Positions 27,518 through 35,691 of a DNA stretch of 64,000 bases are shown piece by piece. Under the pieces are notes generated by a model. The model was not told the origin of the DNA, ran no database searches, and saw only the letters and a list, made by a program, of their open reading frames with translations. Position numbers and translations under genes: made by a program. Position 1 is the first letter of the stretch; each line of letters begins with the position of its first letter. The DNA is from a virus (taxonomy: Duplodnaviria; Caudoviricetes): positions 1,556-65,555 of IMG/VR virus record IMGVR_UViG_2905706892_000001, one strand, 5' to 3'.

Positions 27518-28657
27518 TTAGATCGCGAAGTCGATACGTAGAACGCCGTAATCTTGTTTAACAGCACGGTCAGCAGTCTTCTTAGCATCTTTGAACTGCA
27601 TTTTCTTCATACCGAAGATTTTGCCGTACGCGATACCGAAGTTGTTACCGTAATCGAAATGGTCTCGTTCATCCCATGAAGGGCTATCAAGGTCAATAAA
27701 GCCGAGTGCTTGAGCGCCACATAGTAAGCCCATGCAACCCTCAACAGTGCCAGCCGCACCCCATTTAGAACCCGAAGCAACACCAAGCGTAGTTGGTACA
27801 TGACGGAACTCATGGATGTGTAGGCCATCAACAATGTAAGACTCGCCGCCAGCAAACAATGTGTTACTGTCGCCACGAACGCCCGCATGACGCGCATTCT
27901 CTTTGAAATCAGGGTCTAATTTCAGTGCAGCAAGTGCCATTGGGTGTAGGAACAAGTGGTAAACTTCTGAACCGCCAGTGCCACGAATACCACGAATGTA
28001 ACGAGTCTTAGCAATCGCTTGTAAACGTACAATGTGGTCGTAGCCTAGTTTGTCTTGGGCAGTAATAGCAGTCGTGTCACTTTCAGTAACTTGGCCGCCT
28101 TTAATACACATAAGGTGACGCTCAGACGTTGAGGCAAGGCCGCCGTCAGTGTTGAACGCTAAGTCAGACAAGTTGTCATCATTAGAGCCCTGACCAGGAC
28201 GTACTCGACCATCATTCGTTTGCGCGAAATCTAAGCCAGCTAGTTGTAGGAATGTCATCTGATCTAAACGGTCTGATAACCAGTAAGATAGCTGGTCACG
28301 CGCTTGTTCACGGAAGTTAACAACCGTTTTCTGGTCGTTCATTTTACCCGTGTTCTTCACTGCGTTACGTAATTGGTCAACTTCAACTTTGTCTTGATGC
28401 GCAGTTAATGTTGATTCGTTACCGGTCAGCTCGTTGTCACCAACAATACCGTCGCCGTGCATATCTGGAACAAGGGTTACAACTGCTTCTGTACCACGTT
28501 CTGATTTAGTCAGCTCCGTAATACGTTGGATCATTGCGTTTTGACCCGAACCCATGAACTTAGACACGAACATCTTGTCGCGTGCTTGATGCCACGTATC
28601 ACGTGACCATACTTTTTTAGCGTCATCATCTAACGCTGAGAAATTAGTTTTTGCCAT
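27518..28657 (-). CDS. Major capsid protein, N4-gp56/DUF4043 type
   Basis: IQRITELTKSERG, GDGIVGDNEL.GNE, DQLRNAV, FREQARDQLSYW, GAQALG, DYGN, DYGVL motifs. Confidence 0.92.
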   Translation of the reverse strand: MAKTNFSALDDDAKKVWSRDTWHQARDKMFVSKFMGSGQNAMIQRITELTKSERGTEAVVTLVPDMHGDGIVGDNELTGNESTLTAHQDKVEVDQLRNAVKNTGKMNDQKTVVNFREQARDQLSYWLSDRLDQMTFLQLAGLDFAQTNDGRVRPGQGSNDDNLSDLAFNTDGGLASTSERHLMCIKGGQVTESDTTAITAQDKLGYDHIVRLQAIAKTRYIRGIRGTGGSEVYHLFLHPMALAALKLDPDFKENARHAGVRGDSNTLFAGGESYIVDGLHIHEFRHVPTTLGVASGSKWGAAGTVEGCMGLLCGAQALGFIDLDSPSWDERDHFDYGNNFGIAYGKIFGMKKMQFKDAKKTADRAVKQDYGVLRIDFAI

Positions 28658-28661
28658 TACA

Positions 28662-28830
28662 GTGCATATCCTTCGTTAGTCCCTGAGCCGTTGGCTTGTT
28701 GCGAAACGACAAACAGAGGACTTAATAAATCCAAGTGTTTTGAGTCGTCCCGTAACGTGGGTCTATCGAAATGTATGCACGGCATGACTGAGCTGTGGGG
28801 CAGGATTGATTTACAAGGTATCACCTTGAA
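28662..28830 (-). promoter_or_regulatory. Structured 5' leader of the capsid gene sequestering the Shine-Dalgarno
   Basis: 28780-28763 pairs with 28679-28662 (15 of 18 pairs) and encloses internal hairpins; AAGGA lies in the stem. Confidence 0.55.
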
Positions 28831-28839
28831 TATGCTTCA

Positions 28840-28881
28840 ATAGTAGCAACACTACTGCACCATGTAAACAGTATCACTACT
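28840..28881 (-). promoter_or_regulatory. Capsid promoter TTTACA-17-TACTAT overlapped by two operator motifs
   Basis: -35 at 28863-28868, -10 at 28840-28845; AGTAGC-AAC-ACTACT (28842-28856), AACAGT-ATC-ACTACT (28867-28881). Confidence 0.75.
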
Positions 28882-28907
28882 AATCAAGGGTTTATTTTCA
28901 GATAGAG

Positions 28908-28935
28908 TGGACATGCGTAAATGCCTCTATATACT
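28908..28935 (+). promoter_or_regulatory. Putative promoter of moron gene
   Basis: TGGACA-16-TATACT upstream of AGGGA RBS. Confidence 0.5.
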
Positions 28936-28964
28936 GGCCGTTCGAAAATTTAGGGATATACACA

Positions 28965-29381
28965 ATGGACAAAACATCAAAAATAACAATGCTAGTCTGC
29001 GTAAGTCTGTCAGTCGCGTTCGTTTCATGGAGGACTTACATAAACTATGTGGCACGCAATCTGCCAATACCAGACGGTGTTTACATAACGCCAAAATGGG
29101 ATGAAGCTGCCGTGTGCGAAGAGGCTGCCCGCCTTACGATACGGTACACAGCGAGCAAGCGAGCCAAGGCTATTCGTGCTGCGACATGCAGCCTAGTTGA
29201 GCTGAACGGTAGGATGGGCTACCCCGCCGAGAGTTTTAAACCTTACGCCGTAAACTTTTCAAATGGTACATCAGTGCGCGTATTCCTGAACGACAGTGGA
29301 AACCTAGCAATGATGGGGGTTTCAGAGCGTGGGCAAGTTCCCGAATGGACAAACTTACCACCAAAGAAAAGCCAACCTTAA
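28965..29381 (+). CDS. Moron-like membrane-anchored protein, antisense to the late operon
   Basis: N-terminal hydrophobic helix, own promoter, RBS and terminator. Confidence 0.75.
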   Translation: MDKTSKITMLVCVSLSVAFVSWRTYINYVARNLPIPDGVYITPKWDEAAVCEEAARLTIRYTASKRAKAIRAATCSLVELNGRMGYPAESFKPYAVNFSNGTSVRVFLNDSGNLAMMGVSERGQVPEWTNLPPKKSQP

Positions 29382-29389
29382 GGTTGGCT
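29366..29389. terminator. Palindromic terminator between convergent moron and scaffold genes
   Basis: AGCCAACCTTAAGGTTGGCT with T-tract on minus strand. Confidence 0.75.
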
Positions 29390-29399
29390 CTAGCAGAGG

Positions 29400-30437
29400 T
29401 TAAGCGATGTAGTCGCCACGTGCGGTGGCTAACGCTTCTTTGCTCAGTTTCCCGAACTCTTCATCCCCTAATCGCGAAATATCCACCTTAGGGCGGCTAC
29501 TTCCACCTGACCCCCCTAGCTTGCCACGTTCTTTTTTAGCAGCATCTAGTTTAGCTTTGCTGTTTAATCGCTTAGCAGGCTTAGCCATATCGGCCTTAGG
29601 CTTAGCTGTACGGTCTTTTAAGCCGTTCTCTAACGCAACTAGACGTACTGACTTCTTAAGCGCGTCAGATGGTGATAAGCCACGTTCAACGTACAGGTCG
29701 CGCATTTCAACAACTTCTTCAATCAAGCCGTCGTCCGAATCATCGCCCGCACTATCTAATTCAGGATATTGAACCGATAAATCAGTAGCCGTTTTAACCA
29801 GTTCAGCAGTCGCACGGTCTTGGTTAATCTCACTGCGAACACGGTCTGCAACGTCTTTTTCTGTAAGGCTTTGAGCCGCTTGGTTCTGGCTGCTCATCAT
29901 CTTGCCAAATATCTCGAATGCCTTGTCTGTCTCGCCATCAAGCATTGCTTCCTGCATACCTTCAAATTCTTCACGCGAAATACCTGTAGCCTCAGGTTCA
30001 GGCGCTTTAGTCTCTGGCGGTGCAACCTCTGGCGCTTTGCGAAGTTCGGTCAGTTGGGTCTCTAACGCACGACGCTTTGAGATTTCTTTGTTCAAACGGT
30101 CGAGTGGCACTTGGCGCTTGTTCTTGCCCTTCGCTGGCTTTTCTTCTGGCGCATCTTCTTCTGGCGCATCTTCTTCTGGCGCGTCTTCTTCTGGCGCGTC
30201 TTCTTCTGGCGCGTCTTCTTCTGGCTCGTCTTCTTCTGGCTCGTCTTCTTCTGGCTCGTCTTCTTCTGGCGCATCTTCCTCTGGCTCGTCTTCTTCTAGC
30301 TCGTCCAGTTCTTCTTCGGGTTCGTCAGCAGGCGCGTCATCTTCATCTACGAAGTCGCCGCGCTCAGCAGGAGTTGGTGGAATGTAATCATCAACGATTA
30401 CAGATGTTGCGTCTAAGCCGTTATGGTTTGCAGCCAT
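29400..30437 (-). CDS. Capsid scaffolding protein
   Basis: Between portal and capsid; acidic N-terminus, VPLDRLNKEI coiled coil, C-terminal DISRLGDEEFGKL..ARGD. Confidence 0.8.
   Translation of the reverse strand: MAANHNGLDATSVIVDDYIPPTPAERGDFVDEDDAPADEPEEELDELEEDEPEEDAPEEDEPEEDEPEEDEPEEDAPEEDAPEEDAPEEDAPEEDAPEEKPAKGKNKRQVPLDRLNKEISKRRALETQLTELRKAPEVAPPETKAPEPEATGISREEFEGMQEAMLDGETDKAFEIFGKMMSSQNQAAQSLTEKDVADRVRSEINQDRATAELVKTATDLSVQYPELDSAGDDSDDGLIEEVVEMRDLYVERGLSPSDALKKSVRLVALENGLKDRTAKPKADMAKPAKRLNSKAKLDAAKKERGKLGGSGGSSRPKVDISRLGDEEFGKLSKEALATARGDYIA
30141..30296 (-). repeat. 15-bp coding tandem repeat, about 10.4 units (EEDAP/EEDEP)
   Basis: TTCTTCTGGC(G/T)C(A/G)TC units. Confidence 0.95.
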
Positions 30438-30440
30438 TTA

Positions 30441-32570
30441 TTAGTTACCCTTCTTATTATTTTTAGTAGTGTTACTGCTATCTTTATCCGAGGCAGTATA
30501 CGCCATATCCATAGATTTCATAGCGATTTGGCTAGAAATACGTTTGTCATTCATAGCGTTCTGATTCTGGTGTCCTCTAGCGGCCAGTGCGATGCGTAGA
30601 GAAAGCTCTTGCTCTTTCGTTGCACGTTCTTGTTCTAAGCGTTTAAGTTCCATCTGCGCTTGATTAAAGCCCATCAGAGAGTCAGCTTTAGCCATCTTCT
30701 CTTTAGCTGTAGCCAATGCCACTTCAATGTCAGCATCCGTCTTCTCAAGTTCTTTACGAAGCATGTTGATTTGGTGTTCGACTTGCATTTCTTCGAGTGC
30801 TGCTTGTTCTTCGGTAGGTTCGCCAAAGCCTTGACTCTGCTTAAGGAACTCAGCAAGTTCGCCGCGTTTAGTAAGGTTAGAGTGCTGAACGATAACATGG
30901 TCAGGAATAGCGACACCCATTTCACGTAAGCGCAGAGCTTCTTCAAACTCTTGGTCAGCCATTGTGCCGCCAGAAGGTCTAAAGCTAATATCAACCTCGT
31001 AATCGCCAACGGTAACATCGTTGAGAATATTGCCATCTTCCTCAGGAACATTGATACCCACGTCGTCCGTACGTTCTTCACCAGCCATTATGCTGTTACC
31101 CGTCACCTTAAAGTAACGAGTCTCGCTGTAGAAGTCCTGTACCAACTCAAGCACCTTCTTACCCACTCTGCGACGCGCACGTTTCAAGTTACTTACGATA
31201 ACAGACACTTGAATTTGACCACGACCCACAGCGGCCTCTTGCGCACGGCCTGATTGGTCAGCGCGAGCCGTACCCAACATTGACGCATTCACTGCCGATA
31301 TTTCACGGATAGTAGCTGCCGCTTTTTGCGAAATACGGTCAATACCTGTAGGGATTTGGTTAGGCTGAATCTTGTCTGGTTTTTCGTAGCCACGTTTGTA
31401 CTGTAGCACTAGGCCTGTCTCAGCACCGCGTTCCTCAAGGTCTTCGGCCTCCATATCCACAAGCGAGTCTTCTTGGATAACCCAACCACTATTTGCTGTC
31501 GTGTTAACGATGTGCAATTCCTGCGAGCTTGTCTTGTTCAACAAGTTCTGTGGGTCGATTAGGTTATCAACAGGACCGAATGGGTGGCCTCGTCTAAAGT
31601 ACGCGAAGAACGGTACGATTGTGAACGAGCGGTAGATAGACCAATCATCATGCAGCACAATGTCATCAGCCGTTGTGGTCATACGAACGCGTCGGCCTTT
31701 GCGCTTAACTAGGTCTAGGCCATAATGCTCAGCAAACGTTTCGCGTTCTTCTTTACTCGTGCCATAAGGAACAGGACGCATGTTACCCGTTACCATATCA
31801 ACAAAGTGGAACTGTTCTGACACGCGATAGTGCTGGCGCTCAACTACACGGACACGGCGCAGTTCTCGGCTATCACTTTCATCAAGAGTTGATGTACGGT
31901 CAGCGCCACCGAATGTATGCTCAAAATATTCGAAATTATCGTCCGTGTTAAAGCTGTTGGTATCGACCAAGCGTTCTAGGCCTTCTACCTTTTCCCAGCC
32001 ATACTCAGCACCGATTTCATCAAGCGTAAGCCAACGTGATATAAAGCATTCGTTCCACGTTGAAGGGTCAGCGTTCTTGGCTTCACCATCAGGAATAATA
32101 TCAATCGGGTCTTCCGAAGTAATCTGTACCTCACCCTGCAAGTTCTTCTCGAAGTTCATGCGTACATCGTAATAGCCACGACCAGAGATTAGGCCATCGG
32201 CAAACACATCTTCTTCACTGTCATCAAAGTTGTTTGTGGCGAGAATATTGCGGGTAATAGCATTCAACGCAAACGCAGTGTCTTCATCACCGTAGTCATT
32301 AGGTCGGTAAACGACTTCCAATTTACGTTCGAGTTGTTCACCAATAATAGCGTTGACCGTAGATAAGATCATATTCAGTGTGAGTGCTGGGCGACCTTCC
32401 GCATCTAAACGCGCTTTGTCTTCCTTATTCCACTGTTCACCAGCATAGAACTGGTTGTTACGGACTGCACGGGCAATGAACTCTTTGTGCTTCGTATTGT
32501 TCGCCTCTTCAAATCGAGTTTGATTATCACGAGCGACCATACGAGAATCTACTTTCTTCTTCTTGCTCAT
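30441..32570 (-). CDS. Portal protein (P22/933W-like)
   Basis: QFYAGEQW..GRPALTLN, DGLISGRGY, VPFFAY..G.VDNLIDPQ..LNK. Confidence 0.92.
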   Translation of the reverse strand: MSKKKKVDSRMVARDNQTRFEEANNTKHKEFIARAVRNNQFYAGEQWNKEDKARLDAEGRPALTLNMILSTVNAIIGEQLERKLEVVYRPNDYGDEDTAFALNAITRNILATNNFDDSEEDVFADGLISGRGYYDVRMNFEKNLQGEVQITSEDPIDIIPDGEAKNADPSTWNECFISRWLTLDEIGAEYGWEKVEGLERLVDTNSFNTDDNFEYFEHTFGGADRTSTLDESDSRELRRVRVVERQHYRVSEQFHFVDMVTGNMRPVPYGTSKEERETFAEHYGLDLVKRKGRRVRMTTTADDIVLHDDWSIYRSFTIVPFFAYFRRGHPFGPVDNLIDPQNLLNKTSSQELHIVNTTANSGWVIQEDSLVDMEAEDLEERGAETGLVLQYKRGYEKPDKIQPNQIPTGIDRISQKAAATIREISAVNASMLGTARADQSGRAQEAAVGRGQIQVSVIVSNLKRARRRVGKKVLELVQDFYSETRYFKVTGNSIMAGEERTDDVGINVPEEDGNILNDVTVGDYEVDISFRPSGGTMADQEFEEALRLREMGVAIPDHVIVQHSNLTKRGELAEFLKQSQGFGEPTEEQAALEEMQVEHQINMLRKELEKTDADIEVALATAKEKMAKADSLMGFNQAQMELKRLEQERATKEQELSLRIALAARGHQNQNAMNDKRISSQIAMKSMDMAYTASDKDSSNTTKNNKKGN
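30465..30479. promoter_or_regulatory. Operator-like motif in portal 3' end, just upstream of scaffold gene
   Basis: AGTAGT-GTT-ACTGCT. Confidence 0.6.
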
Positions 32571-32788
32571 TAGCGATCCAATCTATCGGTGAGACGCTCT
32601 ATAGCGTAAGTAAGCGCGTTAAGCGTGGTGTCTAGCTTCGCACTATCTATCTCAAGTGTGCGAATGCTAGTGTTATTATTTCGTAGCTGCTCTTTGATAG
32701 GGACGACTACGACGGTGTGCCACAGTCCCACGATGGCAGCGAATACAGCACCTAGTGCAATAAACATCTTTATGTTTTCAGCGTCCAA
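32570..32788 (-). CDS. Small single-TM plus coiled-coil protein, holin candidate
   Basis: FIALGAVFAAIVGLWHTVVVV followed by heptad repeat; TTG start. Confidence 0.6.
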   Translation of the reverse strand: MDAENIKMFIALGAVFAAIVGLWHTVVVVPIKEQLRNNNTSIRTLEIDSAKLDTTLNALTYAIERLTDRLDR

Positions 32789-32822
32789 GTTGCGACCTGT
32801 TATTATTATTTACTGTTTACTA

Positions 32823-32851
32823 ATAATAACAGTAGCACTACTATTTAACAA
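32823..32851 (-). promoter_or_regulatory. Promoter TTGTTA-17-TATTAT with operator in the spacer
   Basis: AACAGT-AGC-ACTACT at 32828-32842. Confidence 0.65.
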
Positions 32852-32858
32852 CAAACCA

Positions 32859-34598
32859 CTAAGCCGCCATACCGCTTTTACTCTTGGATTTAGTGCCCCC
32901 ACCGTACTTCCTAAGCTTGTCTTTAAACGACTCCTTAGACTTAACTTTCTTCTCGTTACGGATACCAAATAACATGATCATCTGACCAATCCATGCCAGC
33001 GCATCCACTTGGTCATCGTTAGCCCCAAGTGGGAACTTAAGCATTTCGTTTTGCAGTGAAGACATCCAAGGTGTCGAGTCAACGGTAGGAAAGTAAAATT
33101 TACCCTGCTCCATACGACCCTGCAACGGCCTAGCACGTGTGCCCTTATCTGCTCCACGTGTTCTAAGCTTCTCGTAACGTAAGCTTATGCCCCGCTCCTG
33201 CTCGGCTTTTTGTATGAACGGTTCAAGCGTTAGCTCAATCTGCCCCGTTTCAATGCCAAACAATTCAGGGTTATATTTCGTCTGAATCTCGAACATTCGG
33301 TCAATGATACCCAACGAGTTCCATCGGCCACGTACGAGGTCTACAAGCCAAATGTTTTGCTTTCTGTCGATGCCAACAACGGCAAACACACTGTAATCGG
33401 CGGTCTGCTTAGTAGATATTGCCAAATCCGCCGCAGCATAAAGCCGCATCTCATTAAGCGGTGGCATTTCGCCCGGCTTATAATATCTGAACATATCTCG
33501 CGTGAAGAAATCACCATCGTCTGATACGGGTTTCTGTTGGTACAGCGCTTCCCAATCTCGGGGGATCATGGCACGTTTGATACGACGAAGAGAGGGTAAC
33601 GGATAACGCGCCTCATGCAGTGCTTCACCCTTTTTGCGGTACTTCTCGTCCTGCGTTGCAATGGCTGGGTATTCCACCAAGTCCCACTTGTCCACATCGT
33701 CAGGTACAGCTTCACCTTTTTCCGCAGCTTCCTGTTTGGCTTCATCAAATATGTTGAGTAACCAGCCTGCTAAATCATCATCGTGCCAGCGAGTCTGGAT
33801 GATAAGAACACCCCCTCCTGGTGCAAGACGCGTGTAGAATGCAGACGAGTACCAATCTTTCACGTTCTGACGTGTCTTATCCGATTCGGCTTCTTCACGG
33901 TTTTTTACGGGATCATCAATAATGCCCAAGTGAGCGCCACGACCCGTAATAGGGCCACCAACACCCGCCGCAGTAAAACTACCGCCATCAGTTGTCGCCC
34001 ACTTTTTAACGCTCTTGGAATCAGCAGATAGCCGCGTTTTAAATGCCGCTTTGAACTTATCAGTGTCTAATAAGTCACGACACTTACGACTGAAATCTTC
34101 GGCTAAGTCACCTGCATACGAACAGATGATTACCTCATGTGTTGGGTTACGGCCTAAGTACCAACTGGGGAAAGTCTTTGAGCCAATCTCACTTTTACCG
34201 TGTCGTGGTGGCATGGTAATCATCAAACGTGGCGACAACCCGTTTTCAATATCTTTGGCAAACTTTTCAAGGCGAACACATATATCGGCATGTACCCACC
34301 CCGGAACATATGTATCATTGTGACGCTTGATAAAGGGTAAAAGGCGGCGGCGAACAAGCTCACGTTCTGCAAGCTCTTTCTTGGCTTCCAGTTCTGCGTT
34401 AAAGGCCTCTACTTCTTCCTCATTGACACGTTGGAACTCATGTTCGATACGTTGCACTGATTCTTTGTTAGATGGCCTTACGAACGTTCCTAGGTGCTTA
34501 GCGCATGGTAAGCAGTGTTTGTCGTCATACATTTCAAAGTGAGCAACGGTACGCAAACACTCATGGCAATGCTTATTCTGCATCGCCAACCTCCACAT
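32859..34598 (-). CDS. terL: Terminase large subunit
   Basis: MPPRHGKS Walker A, IIDDPVK Walker B, QTRWHDDDL, nuclease AADLA and DDQVDALAW. Confidence 0.95.
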   Translation of the reverse strand: MWRLAMQNKHCHECLRTVAHFEMYDDKHCLPCAKHLGTFVRPSNKESVQRIEHEFQRVNEEEVEAFNAELEAKKELAERELVRRRLLPFIKRHNDTYVPGWVHADICVRLEKFAKDIENGLSPRLMITMPPRHGKSEIGSKTFPSWYLGRNPTHEVIICSYAGDLAEDFSRKCRDLLDTDKFKAAFKTRLSADSKSVKKWATTDGGSFTAAGVGGPITGRGAHLGIIDDPVKNREEAESDKTRQNVKDWYSSAFYTRLAPGGGVLIIQTRWHDDDLAGWLLNIFDEAKQEAAEKGEAVPDDVDKWDLVEYPAIATQDEKYRKKGEALHEARYPLPSLRRIKRAMIPRDWEALYQQKPVSDDGDFFTRDMFRYYKPGEMPPLNEMRLYAAADLAISTKQTADYSVFAVVGIDRKQNIWLVDLVRGRWNSLGIIDRMFEIQTKYNPELFGIETGQIELTLEPFIQKAEQERGISLRYEKLRTRGADKGTRARPLQGRMEQGKFYFPTVDSTPWMSSLQNEMLKFPLGANDDQVDALAWIGQMIMLFGIRNEKKVKSKESFKDKLRKYGGGTKSKSKSGMAA

Positions 34599-35079
34599 AT
34601 TCGTCAGGGCTTAGCTGTATGTCCTGCCCTGCAAGTTTGAGTAGCTGTTCGTCATCCATGTTTTCCATTTGCCCACGGTTCGTGACATTGATTTCAACAC
34701 GGTCAGGTGTGGCTAGGCCATGCAGTTTCACAAGCGAATCGACTGCGCGTATTTCTTCCATAGCCGTTGCCGACTTAGCGTGTGCCTCAAGGTAGAGTGC
34801 CGTTGCATCATCCCGAGTGAACTCAAGCGCACCAGCCTGTACAGCCACTTGGCGCTGCATTTCCCGCATGTATGAAATAGCTAATGTAATGTCTTCGCGC
34901 TGTGCCATTTCTGCCACTGCTCTAGCGGGGTATCGAAAGCCAGCCGCCCGCGCTGCCGCAGAGGGATTAATCCCCTGCGTGCGTCTTTGAACATAGGTTT
35001 CTTCTTGTGCTGTTAAGCGGCCAATGCCCAATGAGGCATAACTCCCGCTCAGTGTTTGTAGTGACAAATCAGCAATCAT
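34573..35079 (-). CDS. terS: Terminase small subunit
   Basis: Upstream of terL; LTAQEETYV..SAAARAAGF HTH; LVKLHGL. Confidence 0.8.
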   Translation of the reverse strand: MIADLSLQTLSGSYASLGIGRLTAQEETYVQRRTQGINPSAAARAAGFRYPARAVAEMAQREDITLAISYMREMQRQVAVQAGALEFTRDDATALYLEAHAKSATAMEEIRAVDSLVKLHGLATPDRVEINVTNRGQMENMDDEQLLKLAGQDIQLSPDEYVEVGDAE

Positions 35080-35418
35080 TTATTCACTCCAAACAAGCGT
35101 AGTCTCACCAACAGCAGTCCATTGGGTCGGGTCAACTATGAACGGTTCGCGAACATGGATACGCACAGTGTTGTAGTCCACCCCACCCATGCGGCACTCA
35201 CCGACATACACAACATTGGGGGCTTTGGTTAGCCCTAATGCATCAATTGCTATGCCCGCAAACATGCCGAGAGGAATGATGAGTTTGTATTCTTTTGGGT
35301 TGCTTCGCAGGGTAACAGTAGCCTCAGATTCGATGCTTCGAGCCATGTTCAATGTTTCTTTGGCGGTATTACGTAGCGACTCAACAAGGGCGTTTTTTAT
35401 CATTTTTATTAGCCTCAC
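35080..35418 (-). CDS. Hypothetical protein, first gene of late operon
   Basis: Abuts terS; probable ATG at 35403 after GAGG. Confidence 0.75.
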   Translation of the reverse strand: MRLIKMIKNALVESLRNTAKETLNMARSIESEATVTLRSNPKEYKLIIPLGMFAGIAIDALGLTKAPNVVYVGECRMGGVDYNTVRIHVREPFIVDPTQWTAVGETTLVWSE

Positions 35419-35432
35419 TGTTATTTGTATTC

Positions 35433-35462
35433 AATAGTAACACTGTTAAACCTTCTCGCGAA
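35433..35462 (-). promoter_or_regulatory. Late-operon promoter (TTCGCG-17-TACTAT) with operator on the -10
   Basis: AATAGT-AAC-ACTGTT at 35433-35447; AT tract upstream. Confidence 0.6.
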
Positions 35463-35691
35463 AAAATATAAAAAAAATATAGGGAATTAGCGGTATACAG
35501 ACGGGGTGCGGGGGTTAATTGAAAAGCGACTTTTTCCGCATTTCTCACAACATTGGTTGGTTGATGCATTGTATGTGTCTCTGCATAGGAGGCGCGGTCG
35601 GTTCGGATCGGGTTTGGTTCGAGTCAATCAATAATCGGGGCAATGAACCTACTTAGGAGTCCCTAATCAATCAATACATAAGGTACATATC

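Noticed and set aside
29902-30466. Ser-rich and Leu/Arg-rich ORFs on the plus strand
   Set aside because: Antisense readings of the 15-bp tandem repeat in the scaffold gene
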